The notes under the pieces are model-generated. The model was not told where the DNA came from. It worked only from the letters and a program-made list of their open reading frames with translations, and searched no databases. A stretch of DNA of 64,000 bases from an uncultured Chloroflexia bacterium (GTDB taxonomy: Bacteria > Chloroflexota > Limnocylindria > QHBO01), in NCBI GenBank assembly GCA_963827475.1, contig CAWHAZ010000005.1, positions 448,001-512,000 of the forward strand, written 5' to 3'. This document shows positions 35,871 through 46,794 of this stretch, piece by piece. Positions within the stretch are counted from its first letter, which is position 1. Each line of letters starts with the position of its first letter. Both the position numbers and the translations under genes were made by a program.

Positions 35871-36239
35871 GTGCCCGCCCGTGATCCCTCCTACGAAGCC
35901 GAATGCTTGTTTTGCCGGATCGCGGCGGATGAGATCCCCTCGGACAAGGTACTCGAGGACGATGCGGTGGTCGTCTTCCGGGACATCAGCCCGAAGGCGC
36001 CGACGCATCTGCTGGCCATCCCGCGCCGCCACCTGGCATCGGTCGACGACCTGACCGATGCCGATGCCGACCGCGACCTCCTGGCCGCCCTGTTCAGCGC
36101 GCTGCGCCGCGTCGCCGGTGACGGTGGGCTGACCGGCTACCGGATCGTGACCAACGTCGGGCCGGAGTCGGGCCAGAGCGTGTTCCATCTCCACTTCCAC
36201 CTGCTCGGCGGCCGCCCCATGTCCTGGCCTCCGGGATGA
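35871..36239 (+). CDS. HIT (histidine triad) family protein
   Basis: CLFC, DISPKAPTH, GQSVFHLHFHLLGG. Confidence 0.94.
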   Translation: MPARDPSYEAECLFCRIAADEIPSDKVLEDDAVVVFRDISPKAPTHLLAIPRRHLASVDDLTDADADRDLLAALFSALRRVAGDGGLTGYRIVTNVGPESGQSVFHLHFHLLGGRPMSWPPG

Positions 36240-36271
36240 TCTCGAAGCCTTTCGGGTAGTCTTCGCAGCCC

Positions 36272-39200
36272 GTGACCCTCGTCTGCGCCAACTGCCGGAC
36301 CGAAAACCCGGCGGGCGCCAAGTTCTGCACCGAATGCGCATCGCCGCTTGCCCGGCCATGCGCGAATTGCGGTACCGCCAACCCGGCGGGCGCGAAGTTC
36401 TGCGGTGAATGTGCCGCTCCGATCGCCACCGGCGAAGCAACGGCAGGTGCGACGATTAGTGCCCCGCAAGCGGCCTCGACGACGCCCCACGAAGCCGAGC
36501 GCCGCCTCGTTTCGATCCTGTTCGCCGACCTGGTCGGCTTCACGCCGTTCGCCGAGGAGCGCGATGCGGAAGAGGTCCGTGAGTCGCTGAGCCGCTACTT
36601 CGAGCTCGCCCGCCAGGTCATCGAGCGCTACGGCGGGACTGTCGAGAAGTTCATCGGTGACGCGGTCATGGCGGTGTGGGGCGTGCCGACCACCCATGAG
36701 GATGACGCGGAGCGCGCGGTCCGGGCCGGGCTGGACCTCGTTGACGCCGTTCGCGCCCTCGGCCCAGGAGTCGAGGCCCGAGCAGGTGTGTTGACCGGCG
36801 AGGCGGCGGTCACGATCGGTGCGACTGACCAGGGCATGGTCGCTGGCGACCTGGTGAACACCGCGTCGCGCCTCCAGGGAGCGGCCGCGCCCGGCACGGT
36901 CCTCGTGGGCGAGGCCACCCAGCGCGCCGCCTCAGCCGGCATCCTGTTCGAGCCCGCCGGGGAACAGGCCCTGAAGGGCAAGAGCGCTCCCATCCCCGCC
37001 TGGCGCGCCGTCCGGATCGTGGGCGGCGTCCGGGGCAGATGGCGCAGCGACGGCCCCGAGGCTCCGTTCATCGGCCGCCACGACGAGCTGACCCTTCTGA
37101 AGGACCTCTACCACGCCACGGCACGCGAGAAGCGGGCGCGGCTGGTGTCGGTGGTTGGCCCGGCGGGCATCGGCAAGAGCAGGCTCGGGCGGGAGTTCCT
37201 GAACCACGTCGACGCCGAGGCCGACGACTTCTGGCTCCACCATGGCCGGAGCCCGGCGTATGGCGAAGGACTGACCTTCTGGGCGCTGGGCGAGATGATC
37301 CGCCAGCGGGCCGGCCTGGCAGAGACCGATGACGAGGCGACCACGCGCGCCGGGATCCACGCCATGGTTGCGGAACACATCCCTGACGAGGCGGATCGCC
37401 GCTGGATCGAGCCCGCCATGCTCTCGCTGCTGGGCCTCGGGGACGGCTCCATCGGCACGGAACAGCTATTCGGAGCGTGGCGGTCGTTCTTCGAGCGCCT
37501 TGCCAGCGACGTCCCGGTGGTGCTCGTGTTCGAAGACCTCCACTGGGCGGACAGCGGCATGCTCGACTTCGTCGACTACCTGCTCGAGTGGAGCCGCTCG
37601 CAGCCGATCTACATCCTGACGCTGGCCCGGCCGGAGCTGCTCGAGAGGCGCCCGACGTGGGGAGCAGGCAAGCGCCAGTTCACATCGGTGTATCTCGAAC
37701 CGTTGCCCGAGCCGGCTATCCGGGAACTGCTGACAGGTTTGGTGCCGGGTCTGCCAGATCAGGCCGCGCGCGCTATCGCTGCCCGCGCCGACGGTGTCCC
37801 GCTCTACGCCGTCGAGACCGTCCGGATGCTGGTGGCCGATGGTCGCCTGGTCGAAACCGACGGCGTGTATACGCCCAGCGGCGATCTCAGCACGCTTGCC
37901 GTGCCGGAGTCGCTCACGGCGCTCATCGCCTCGCGGCTGGACGCGCTCGAAACGGATGCCCGTGCCCTGGCCCAGGACGCGTCGGTGCTCGGCCAGCGAT
38001 TCACCATCGCCGGACTCGCCGCGGTCAGCGGCCTCGAGGCGTCCACCCTCACCCCACTGCTGGAGACCCTCGTTCGCCGCGAGCTGCTGGCCATGGAGAC
38101 CGATCCGCGGTCACCCGAGCGAAACCAATACGGGTTCGTGCAGTCGCTGATCCGCGAGGTGACCTACAACACGCTTGCCCGCCGCGACCGCAAGATTCGT
38201 CACCTGGCCGCTGCACGGTTCTTCGAGAGCCTCGACACAGATGAGCTGGCTGGAGGACTCGCGGGCCAATACCTCGCAGCCCACGCCAACGCGGATGGGC
38301 CGGAGGAAACGGCCGCCCTGGCTGCCCAGGCTCGAGTCGCGCTGCGGGCCGCCGCCGACCGGGCGCTGGCCCTCGGCGGGACCGAGCAGGCTTTCGAGTT
38401 CCTTCGACAGGCACTCGCACTGGCGCACGAGCCATCGGACGCTGCCGATCTAGCGCTGCGCGCGGGCGCGGCCGCGGGGGATTCGGGGCGGTATCACGAC
38501 GCCGAGGAGCTGCTTCAGCAGGCTCGCAATGGCTTCAGCGCGGTGGAGGACCAGAACGGATCCGACCAGGCTCTCACCTTGCAAGCCTCAGCCATGATCA
38601 ACGGGGGCCGATACACGGATGCGGTCGACCTGCTCGAGCCGGCGCTGAGCGGCATCGATGACTTCTCGGCCCGACCGGGCCTCATTGCCGCTGGCGGTCA
38701 GCTGGCACGCGCGCAGATGCTGCAGATCACGAACGCCGGCCTGGCGATCGCTGCGAGCGACCGCGTCCTCCCAGCGGCGGAGCGCGCCAACAACGGGGCA
38801 CTCGTGGCGGACCTGCTGATCACCAAGGGGACCGCGATGTCCATGGCGGGCCGCAGACGGGAGGGCCTGGCCTTGATCCGGGCCGGTGGTGACCTCGGTG
38901 AATCGCTCGGCGCCAGCAGCGTCGTCATTCGTTCCCTGATCAACCAGGCTTCGGCACTCGAATGGTTCTCCCCGCGCGACGTCCTGTCCGGGACCCAGCG
39001 GGGACTGACCGAGGCCAAGCGGATCGGAAGCCGTGCCCAGATGATCGTCCTGGTAGCCAACGGGTTCGAATCGGCCATCATGACGGGGGACTGGGAGTGG
39101 GCGGCATCCGAAATCGGTTCGCTCCTAGACGAGGACCTCGAAGGAGGAGACCGGCTCCTCGCCCTGGGAATGGTGACGATCTTCCGCGCTTTGCGTGGGG

Positions 39201-39808
39201 AGCCTCGATCGGAACTGCTGGACGAAATCCGACGGATGGATCTGAGCGAGCCCTTCCTTCGGGACACGGTCCACACGTACCTGGGCCTGAGTGCCCTGGC
39301 CGATGGCGAGCTCGAAGAGGCGCGCGAACGACTCGATGCATCGCGAGCGCTGGGCCAGGTCTGGGTCACCGACTCCGGATGGGCCGTCCATCTGGCGACG
39401 TGGCTACGGGACACCGGGGGGCTTCGCGGGATCCTCGGCGATCTGCGCGGGGTCTCCGCACATGGTCCTGTCGCGGAGACCCTGAGCGCGAATGCCGAAG
39501 CGGGCATTGCCGCTCTCGCCGGCCGCGTGGGCGATGCGGTGACTCTTTACCAGCGGGCACGTGCCGGATGGCATGAACTCGGGCTGCCGTTCGCTGAGGC
39601 GCTCGCCGGGATCGACATGGCCACGGTACTTGACCCGAACCTGCCGGAAGTCGCGGATGCCATCGAGCGGAGTCGCCAGGTCTTCACCGAGCTCGGCGCC
39701 ACGCCACTCCTGGCCCGGCTCGAGGCGGAGGCCGCCAAGGCCAACTCACCGCCCCCAGCAACCGCGGAGCCGGTTCCGGTTGCGGAAACCGAGGTCGCCG
39801 CGGGCTGA
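36272..39808 (+). CDS. Double zinc ribbon + class III nucleotidyl cyclase + STAND/AAA ATPase + TPR-like protein
   Basis: Four CxxC pairs, LFADLVGFT, EKFIGDAVM, VNTASRL, GPAGIGKS, FEDLHWAD. Confidence 0.93.
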   Translation: MTLVCANCRTENPAGAKFCTECASPLARPCANCGTANPAGAKFCGECAAPIATGEATAGATISAPQAASTTPHEAERRLVSILFADLVGFTPFAEERDAEEVRESLSRYFELARQVIERYGGTVEKFIGDAVMAVWGVPTTHEDDAERAVRAGLDLVDAVRALGPGVEARAGVLTGEAAVTIGATDQGMVAGDLVNTASRLQGAAAPGTVLVGEATQRAASAGILFEPAGEQALKGKSAPIPAWRAVRIVGGVRGRWRSDGPEAPFIGRHDELTLLKDLYHATAREKRARLVSVVGPAGIGKSRLGREFLNHVDAEADDFWLHHGRSPAYGEGLTFWALGEMIRQRAGLAETDDEATTRAGIHAMVAEHIPDEADRRWIEPAMLSLLGLGDGSIGTEQLFGAWRSFFERLASDVPVVLVFEDLHWADSGMLDFVDYLLEWSRSQPIYILTLARPELLERRPTWGAGKRQFTSVYLEPLPEPAIRELLTGLVPGLPDQAARAIAARADGVPLYAVETVRMLVADGRLVETDGVYTPSGDLSTLAVPESLTALIASRLDALETDARALAQDASVLGQRFTIAGLAAVSGLEASTLTPLLETLVRRELLAMETDPRSPERNQYGFVQSLIREVTYNTLARRDRKIRHLAAARFFESLDTDELAGGLAGQYLAAHANADGPEETAALAAQARVALRAAADRALALGGTEQAFEFLRQALALAHEPSDAADLALRAGAAAGDSGRYHDAEELLQQARNGFSAVEDQNGSDQALTLQASAMINGGRYTDAVDLLEPALSGIDDFSARPGLIAAGGQLARAQMLQITNAGLAIAASDRVLPAAERANNGALVADLLITKGTAMSMAGRRREGLALIRAGGDLGESLGASSVVIRSLINQASALEWFSPRDVLSGTQRGLTEAKRIGSRAQMIVLVANGFESAIMTGDWEWAASEIGSLLDEDLEGGDRLLALGMVTIFRALRGEPRSELLDEIRRMDLSEPFLRDTVHTYLGLSALADGELEEARERLDASRALGQVWVTDSGWAVHLATWLRDTGGLRGILGDLRGVSAHGPVAETLSANAEAGIAALAGRVGDAVTLYQRARAGWHELGLPFAEALAGIDMATVLDPNLPEVADAIERSRQVFTELGATPLLARLEAEAAKANSPPPATAEPVPVAETEVAAG

Positions 39809-39903
39809 TCGCCTGCCCCAGTGCTGGCCGTCGAATCGTGCTCGAAATCGGCGTCTGCTAGACTCCGCCGGCCGAAATCATCGGCTGAGAGGAGGCGAGA
39901 CGT

Positions 39904-40080
39904 TTGGCGGAAGTCCGCGTGGGTGAGAACGAGTCGTTCGAGAGCGCACTGCGACGTTTCAACAAGAAGATCCAGCAGTCCGGCATCCTGGCCGAGGCAC
40001 GGCGCCGCGAGCACTACGAGAAGCCCAGCGTGAAGCGCAAGCGCAAGGAATCCAAGAAGCGCAAGGGTCCGCGCGTCTAG
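39904..40080 (+). CDS. rpsU: 30S ribosomal protein S21 (58 aa, TTG start, not in ORF track)
   Basis: [48 protein letters not shown]...; AGGAGG SD; precedes yqeY. Confidence 0.95.
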   Translation: MAEVRVGENESFESALRRFNKKIQQSGILAEARRREHYEKPSVKRKRKESKKRKGPRV

Positions 40081-40137
40081 CCCCCAGCCGGGATCGGTCG
40101 TTCATGGCCGATCCCGTTTGCATGCCCGGATGAACCG

Positions 40138-40596
40138 ATGAGCCTCCAGACCGATCTGTCGACCGCCATGCGCGACGCCATGAAAGCCGGCGACGCGAAT
40201 CGGGTCGGCACCCTGCGGATGGCGATGGCGGCCGCCCACAACCGCCAGATCGAGCTTGGCCACGAGCTGACCGATGCCGAGATGGTCGAGGTCCTCGACC
40301 GCCAGGTGAAGCAGCGACGGGAAAGCATCGAGCTGTTCCGCGGCGGAGGCCGTCCGGAGCTGGCCGAGGTCGAGGAGGCGGAGATCGTCATCCTCCGCGA
40401 GTTCCTGCCCGAGCCGCTGTCGACCGACGAGCTCGAGCGCCTTGCCCGGGACGCGGTGGCGGCCACCGGGGCCAGCGGTCCGGCGGACATGGGCAAGGTC
40501 ATGGGCGCCCTCGTGCCTCAGACCAAGGGGCGGGCCGATGGGAAGGAAGTCTCAGACCTGGTTCGCCGGCTGTTATCCGAGCCGCCGCCGGGGTAG
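40138..40596 (+). CDS. GatB/YqeY domain protein
   Basis: DAMKAGD, KQRRESIE, DMGKVMG, GRADGK. Follows rpsU. Confidence 0.92.
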   Translation: MSLQTDLSTAMRDAMKAGDANRVGTLRMAMAAAHNRQIELGHELTDAEMVEVLDRQVKQRRESIELFRGGGRPELAEVEEAEIVILREFLPEPLSTDELERLARDAVAATGASGPADMGKVMGALVPQTKGRADGKEVSDLVRRLLSEPPPG

Positions 40597-40608
40597 CATC
40601 CCCGCCCC

Positions 40609-42712
40609 ATGTTCATCACGAAGACGCTCGCCCCCCGCGACGGAACGTTGACCGGGGCGGCGGCGGCACGGCTGGTGGCCGTCACCGCCTTCGTCGGGGT
40701 CGCCCTGTTCACGATCCTCGCCGTCGATCTCCTTCCGAGCGCGGTGGCGGTCGAGGTCGGCGACGTGGCGACCGAGGACATCCTCGCCCCGAGGGCCGTG
40801 ACGTTCGTGTCGGCTTCCGAGACGGAGGCCGCGCAGGCCGAGGCCGAGGCGGCGGTGGAGCCGATCTACGTCGAGATCGGTCCGCAGGCCGAGATCCGAT
40901 CCCGGCAGCTGGCCGCGTACGACGCGGAGGTGACCGGCGTCCAGGCGATCCTGGCCGACCGGGACGCCGGCAACCTTGGCGCCAGTCGAAACCCAGGCCG
41001 GGCTCGAGCAGGCGGCTCCTTCTCTGCGGGCCTCGCAGGTCGCGGTCCTGGCCGGCCTGCCGACGGCGCGCTGGAACGCCATCGCGGCCGAGGCCCGGCG
41101 CGTCCTGGACCAGGCGCAGGCCGGCGAGGTGCGCGAGGACGCGCTGGCCGAGGCGCGGCAGGCAAGCCGCGAAGCAGTGAGCGTCGATCTTGCCCCTGAC
41201 GAGCGGGAGATCGCCGGCGACCTGGCGGCCGCCAACATCGCCGCCAACCTTGCGCTGAGCAGCGAAGCCACGGCCGCCGCGCGCCAGGCGGCACGAGACG
41301 CCGTCGAATCGGTGCAGGTCAGCGTCCAGCGCAACGAGGCCGTCGTTCGCGCCGGCGACCCGATCACGACGCTCGACCTCGAGAAGCTCACGGCCCTCGG
41401 TCTGACCGAGCCAGCCGGAGATGCGCTGGCGCTGATTGGCTACAGCCTGATGGCCGCCCTGCTCGCGATCCTGCTGGTCGGGTTCCTGTGGCGCTTCCAG
41501 CCGGCCATCTGGCACCGGCCGCGGAGCCTGGTCCTGTTCCTGCTCATCCTCCTGGCCAGCGCCGTCGTGCTGCGGATCACCGGCGGTGGGGAGATCGCGC
41601 CCTACCTCGTCCCGACCTCCGCCGCGGTCATGCTGACCGGACTGCTGCTCGGTGGCGCGGCCGGTGGGGCGATGGCCATCGGTCTGGCGGTGGTGGCGGG
41701 GCTGGTCAACGATGCCGCGCTGGGCCCGGTGATGTACGTCGCGGCGGGCGGCTTCGCCTCGCTGGTCATCATCCTCCAGGCCGAGCGGCTGAACGCGTTC
41801 GTGCGGGCCGGGCTCGTCCTGGCCCTGGTCAACGTCGCCGTGGTCGTGGCGTTTGGCCTGCTCGACGCGCTGGATGCCACCGGGATCGCCCAGCTGGCCC
41901 TCGCCGGACTCGTCAACGCCGCACTGTCCGTGATCCTGGCGGTCGGCGGCTTCGCGGTCCTGGGCAACGTGTTCGGGATCCTCACCGTGTTCCAGATGCT
42001 CGAGCTGGCGAACCCGACCAACCCGCTGCTCCGCCGCCTGCTGCTCGAGACGCCGGGGACGTACCACCACTCGGTCATGGTCGGGAACCTCGCCGAGCGC
42101 GCGGCCGAGACGATCGGCGCGGACCCGCTCCTCGCCCGGGTGGCGGCGTACTACCACGACATCGGCAAGATGAAGAACCCGCTCGCCTTCATCGAGAACC
42201 AGGCCGGCGGGCCAAACATCCACGACGACCTGAGCCCGGAGACGAGCGCACGGATCATCGCCGCCCACGTCCGGGACGGCGTGGAGCTCGCCCAGGAGTA
42301 CAACCTGCCGACCCAGGTCGCGGGATTCATCCCGCAGCACCACGGCACGGCGGTGATGGGCTACTTCGCCGGCAAGGCCGTGCAGGAAGGCGACGAGCCG
42401 GATGCCGATGCCTTCCGCTACCCCGGCCCCAAACCGCAAACGCGGGAAGCGGCCATCGTCATGCTCGCGGACGGGGTGGAGGCCTCCGTCCGCTCGCTGC
42501 CGCGCAAGGAGGACACTGACATCCGGGAGATGGTCGACAAGATCGTGGACGGGCGGCTGGCCGACGGCCAGCTGGACGACAGCGACCTCACCCTGCGCGA
42601 CATCGGGCGCATCCGCGAGTCGTTCGTCGAGCAGCTGCTGGGCATGTACCACCAGCGGATCACGTACCCGGAGAACGTCCTTCCCATCGAGCGCGACAGC
42701 CGCAGCGCCTGA
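40609..42712 (+). CDS. 7TM-HD phosphohydrolase (PgpH-like c-di-AMP phosphodiesterase), frameshift near 40985
   Basis: PGTYHHS, YYHDIGK, QHHGT, FRYPGPKP, MLAD, with a 7TM region. Upstream of ybeY. Confidence 0.9.
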
Positions 42713-42766
42713 CCGATTCCCTGCGCCTGTCTTGAGCGAGGGTCGCCCCTGGCCTAGGATGGACCG

Positions 42767-43357
42767 ATGGAGCCCGGGGTCACCCTCCACGAGAAGGTCG
42801 GTCGCCCCCGGCTGACGGAGGCGGTCGAGCCGCTTCCTGTCGAAACCGCCCTGGAGCTCCTCGCCGCCGCGGCCGGGGAGACGGTGCGCAGGGCGCTGGG
42901 GACGCGCGAGGCGGAGGTGGAGGTCACCCTCTGCGGGGACGCGGAGATGACCCGACTGAACTTCGACCACATGGGCGAGCGCGGCCCGACCGACGTCCTG
43001 TCGTTCCCACTCCACGAATGGAGCGTGGAGAGCGGACACTCCCATCTCGCCGACGAGGACGGCCGCCTTCCCGACCGTGCGCCGCTCGTGCTCGGTGACG
43101 TCGTGATCGACCTCGACCAGGCCATCCGCCAGGCGGCGGAGGGGGACTGGAGCGTCGCGGAGGAGGTCGCCCTGCTCGCCATCCACGGGACGCTCCATCT
43201 CCTCGGGCACGACCACGATGACGCCGAGGGCGAGGCCGCCATGCGCGACGCGGAGCACGAGGCCCTCAGCGTGCTCCATCGCCGGTTCCATACCGTGGAG
43301 TGGAAACCGGGGTCGCTGTTCGATCGCGCCGGCCACGCGGTGGTCGCCGGCTACTAG
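42767..43357 (+). CDS. ybeY: rRNA maturation RNase YbeY
   Basis: PTDVLSFP, LGDVVI, HGTLHLLGHDH. Confidence 0.93.
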   Translation: MEPGVTLHEKVGRPRLTEAVEPLPVETALELLAAAAGETVRRALGTREAEVEVTLCGDAEMTRLNFDHMGERGPTDVLSFPLHEWSVESGHSHLADEDGRLPDRAPLVLGDVVIDLDQAIRQAAEGDWSVAEEVALLAIHGTLHLLGHDHDDAEGEAAMRDAEHEALSVLHRRFHTVEWKPGSLFDRAGHAVVAGY

Positions 43358-44457
43358 ACTTTCCGGTCGGTCCCCAGCTCCGCCGGGATCCGGTTCGCCC
43401 GGCCCAGCATCGCGTCTACCACGAGCGCGGCGCTCGCCGGGCCGGTCGACATGCCCCACGGCCCGTGGCCCGCGCAGACCCACAGCCCATCAGCGTCGGG
43501 CACCGGACCGATGAACGGCCGTCCATCCGCCGACTGCGGTCGGGCGCAAATCCGCACGGCCTGGATTTCGGCATCGGCCAGCGCCGGGACGAAGGCAGCT
43601 CCCCGTTCGAGCAGGATCGGGGCCAGCTCATCCGGGTCCGGCTGCTCGGTCAGGAACGTCGAGCCGATCGTCGCCAGGCCGTCGGCCGCCACCAGGCTGA
43701 ACAGGCTGCCGGCGTGGCCGGACGGGATGTTGATGGTGTGAACCACGCCCTCCTCGAGGACGTGGCGCGGCGGATCGGCCATCGCCACCTGGATGGTGAC
43801 GCCCCACGTGCGCGCGACCGGCGGCCACGCGGGGTCCATCTCGAGCACGTCCGGTGTCCACGGGCCGCCGGCCACGAGCACGCCGTCGGCGGCGAACCGT
43901 TCCCCATCTTCGAATGCCACTCCCCGCACGCGGCCGTTCTCGATCCACGGCCGGCCGGCGCGGCCGATGCGGATCGTGGCGCCGGCCCTCACCGCCCGGG
44001 CTGCCATCGCGTGGGTGGCTGCCTCGGGGACCACCGGATAGCCGGTTGCGATGCGCACGGCGGCCCAGCGCGGCGCGAGGGTCGGCTCCGCACGCGCGGT
44101 GGCCGCCGCGTCGAGCACCTCGGGGGCGAGGTCCGGGAACGCGGCGGCGAGCTCCGCCGCCCGCTCCGCCCCGGCGGCGAGGTCATCGGTCAGGAGGAGG
44201 ATGCCGACCGGTTCTGTTGGGAAGCGGAACTCCGGGTCGGCCGAGGCCGCCGCGTGGTACGCCTCGACGGTCTCCAGGTGGAGGGGAAGCAGGACCGGGT
44301 CGAACGGGTGCTGAATGGTGCCGGAGTTCCGCCCGGAGGCGCCGGCACCGATGGCGGTCGCCTCGATCAGGGTGGTCTCGGCTCCGGCCTCCGCCAACAG
44401 TGCGGCAGCCGAGCAGCCAATGATTCCGCCCCCGATGATCGCCACCCGCTCGGCCAC
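43354..44457 (-). CDS. FAD-dependent oxidoreductase (DAO/glycine oxidase family)
   Basis: IIGGGIIG, GASGRNSG, RPQSADGRPFIG, GHGPWG. Confidence 0.9.
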   Translation of the reverse strand: MAERVAIIGGGIIGCSAAALLAEAGAETTLIEATAIGAGASGRNSGTIQHPFDPVLLPLHLETVEAYHAAASADPEFRFPTEPVGILLLTDDLAAGAERAAELAAAFPDLAPEVLDAAATARAEPTLAPRWAAVRIATGYPVVPEAATHAMAARAVRAGATIRIGRAGRPWIENGRVRGVAFEDGERFAADGVLVAGGPWTPDVLEMDPAWPPVARTWGVTIQVAMADPPRHVLEEGVVHTINIPSGHAGSLFSLVAADGLATIGSTFLTEQPDPDELAPILLERGAAFVPALADAEIQAVRICARPQSADGRPFIGPVPDADGLWVCAGHGPWGMSTGPASAALVVDAMLGRANRIPAELGTDRKV

Positions 44458-44495
44458 GGCCCGATGCTACCCGCTGGCCCGCCACGGGCAGCGGG

Positions 44496-45240
44496 TCACG
44501 CGATGACCGACACCAGCGGCAGATGGTCCGACGCGCTGGCGAACTCCACATCGGTCGCCGGCTCGCAGAGGTGGATGCGGGGCAGGACCGCCGGTGTAGC
44601 GAGGAGGTAGTCGAGTCGGACCTGCGGAGCGACCGCCGGCAAGGTGTAGCCAGGCTCATCGGGGTGGAGCCGCCGGTAGACGTCGATCCAGCCCGCCTGC
44701 TGGAGCCGGTCGAGCACATCGGTCCGGATTGGTCCATCGAAGCGCAGCAGGAGCCGCAGCCAGAAGGGCATCCGCGCCACCCTGGGTTCGTCTCCGGGGG
44801 CCACGCTGTTGAGGTCGCCGATGATGACCGTGCCAGTTGCGAGATGCGGGACCGATGACCGGGGCCATGGCGTCGAGATGGCGGAGCCGGACTCGCTCAC
44901 CACGCCCCGACAGGCCGGAGGTCAGATGCAGACCGATGAATCGCAGATCGCTGGCGGCCGGCCGAAACTCGAGGAAGGCACGGATCCCCGGCGGGCTGTG
45001 CCACGTCGTGTCCACGAACGGGGAACGGCCGAGGGCCGCCACCGACACGCCCGGACTGGCGGCCACGTGGGGCAGGCCGGCCAGCTCCGCCAGGCGGTCG
45101 ACGGCATGCCGATCCGTCGCTTCCTGCAGCACGACGACGTCGGGTTCGAGGCTGGACAAGAACGCGCCGATGAGCGGCACGCGGCGACCTCCGCCAAAAC
45201 GGATGTTGTAGCTGACGACCCGAAGCGTCACTCGAGGCAA
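44496..45240 (-). CDS. Endonuclease/exonuclease/phosphatase (EEP) family protein, frameshift near 44845
   Basis: SYNI, LQE, H, GDLNS, RLDY, SDH catalytic motifs across two frames. Confidence 0.88.
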
Positions 45241-45243
45241 TCC

Positions 45244-46062
45244 CTACGCGCCCAGCAGCACGTATGGCTGGACCTGAAGTGCGGCGCGCAGATCCAGGAA
45301 CCACGGGGCCATGGCCTGGAGGCTGACCGGGCGGCGGGCAATGGACTGCGCCTCCCGGCGTGCGGGATCGAGTGAGGGCGCCAGCCACGCGGTCGTATCC
45401 GAAAGGGGGAGCGTATTCACGCCGCGGACGACATAGCCATCGTCGTGCCAGGCGGCCATTGCCTCGTCGCCGAACAGGACCACGTCGAGGTCGCTCGTGC
45501 CGGGGCCCTTCGCGTCGAACGGCTCCTCGGTCCGGTAGGCATGCCCCTGGATGGCGCTTCCGCGCAAGGCGAGTTGGGTACCACGCGGCACGCCCCCCTG
45601 GAGCGCCTTGACGAACTCTCCAAACCGGGCGGTGTCGCCGTTGAATGCTCGCTCGATGGCCGCGGTCAGGAGCTGCGGGTCGCTGGAGTCTGGCGGATGG
45701 AGCTCGGCGATGATCTCGGAGAACGATGGCGGCCGGGCAGGCGGTGTGCCAACCACGTGCACGAATACGCCGGGCTGTTGGTGCACGCGGTTGCTGACCC
45801 AAGCTGACAGATTCGCCAGATCGCCGTCCGGCGATGGACCGCCGGGTCGCTCGTCGGCAACCGGGACGATCGCGATCTCTCGTCGACCTTCGCGAATGGC
45901 GCGCTCGGTCGCGGCCAGCGCGTCGGCGGCGCCATCGGTGTAGTCGACCGTCACACCGTCTCGACCCAGCTCGACGTCGCCCGCCAACCAGCCCAACCAG
46001 GAGTCGGGGGCAGCCGTCCGCTCGGGGCCGGGCTCACGAGCCACGACCAGGATGAGGCTCAT
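45244..46062 (-). CDS. Hypothetical protein with C-terminal Pol-beta-superfamily nucleotidyltransferase-like domain
   Basis: hRGS (ALRGSAIQG) followed by SDLDVV. Start is uncertain (46062 or 46146). Confidence 0.6.
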   Translation of the reverse strand: MSLILVVAREPGPERTAAPDSWLGWLAGDVELGRDGVTVDYTDGAADALAATERAIREGRREIAIVPVADERPGGPSPDGDLANLSAWVSNRVHQQPGVFVHVVGTPPARPPSFSEIIAELHPPDSSDPQLLTAAIERAFNGDTARFGEFVKALQGGVPRGTQLALRGSAIQGHAYRTEEPFDAKGPGTSDLDVVLFGDEAMAAWHDDGYVVRGVNTLPLSDTTAWLAPSLDPARREAQSIARRPVSLQAMAPWFLDLRAALQVQPYVLLGA

Positions 46063-46220
46063 TTCCGCCACACGGTCGCCTGCCCGGCGCTGCAGGGACG
46101 GCAGGGAGATGCGCCCAAGCGCAACGATCGTGTAACGAAATCCCACGGACCGGCCCTGGGCCGCGTCACGCCTGACCGGCCACGCTCGGGTTGTCCCAAC
46201 CGCGAAGTGGAGATCTCTGG

Positions 46221-46738
46221 ATGAGCCGGCTCTGGACGAACCACGGACTGAGCATCACTGTCGGTTCGCTGTTCGTCGCCGCATGGATGCTCCAAACGGT
46301 CCTGGGATGGGGCGAGTTCGTCGGCGAGCAGACCGCACTCGGCGAGACCCCGGAGGTCTTCGGGGGTCCGGCTACCTCTGGAGCTGGGGCCGCGCGACCT
46401 TCGAGAACTGGCAGTCGGAGTTCCTCCAGGTCTTCATCTTCATCGTCCTCACCACGTTCCTCATTCACCGCCACAGTCACGAGTCGCCGGATACGGACCA
46501 CGCCACCGAGGCGTCCCTGCGCCGCATCGAAGCCCGGCTCATCCGACTGGAGGCCGGAAAGGCGGCCAGCGGAGAATCGTCGAGGGAGGTGTTCCTCACC
46601 CCGGAGATGGTCGAGGCCGAGCACCTCGGCTCGGTCAGCGTCCGTGCGCACTGGGCGTATCTCCTCGGCGTGGTGGGCATCGGGTTCGCCCTGACGATCG
46701 TGCTGCTCGCCCTCATCCAGGGGCTCGTGGCCGCGTAG
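46221..46738 (+). CDS. DUF6766-like membrane protein, frameshift near 46370
   Basis: NHGLSI...W...TFENWQSEFLQ...SHES pattern recalled from this family. Confidence 0.7.
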
Positions 46739-46794
46739 CCGCGGTCTCCCCAACGCGCTGACCGCGGCCGCGGGACGGCTACCATCGGTCAGCC

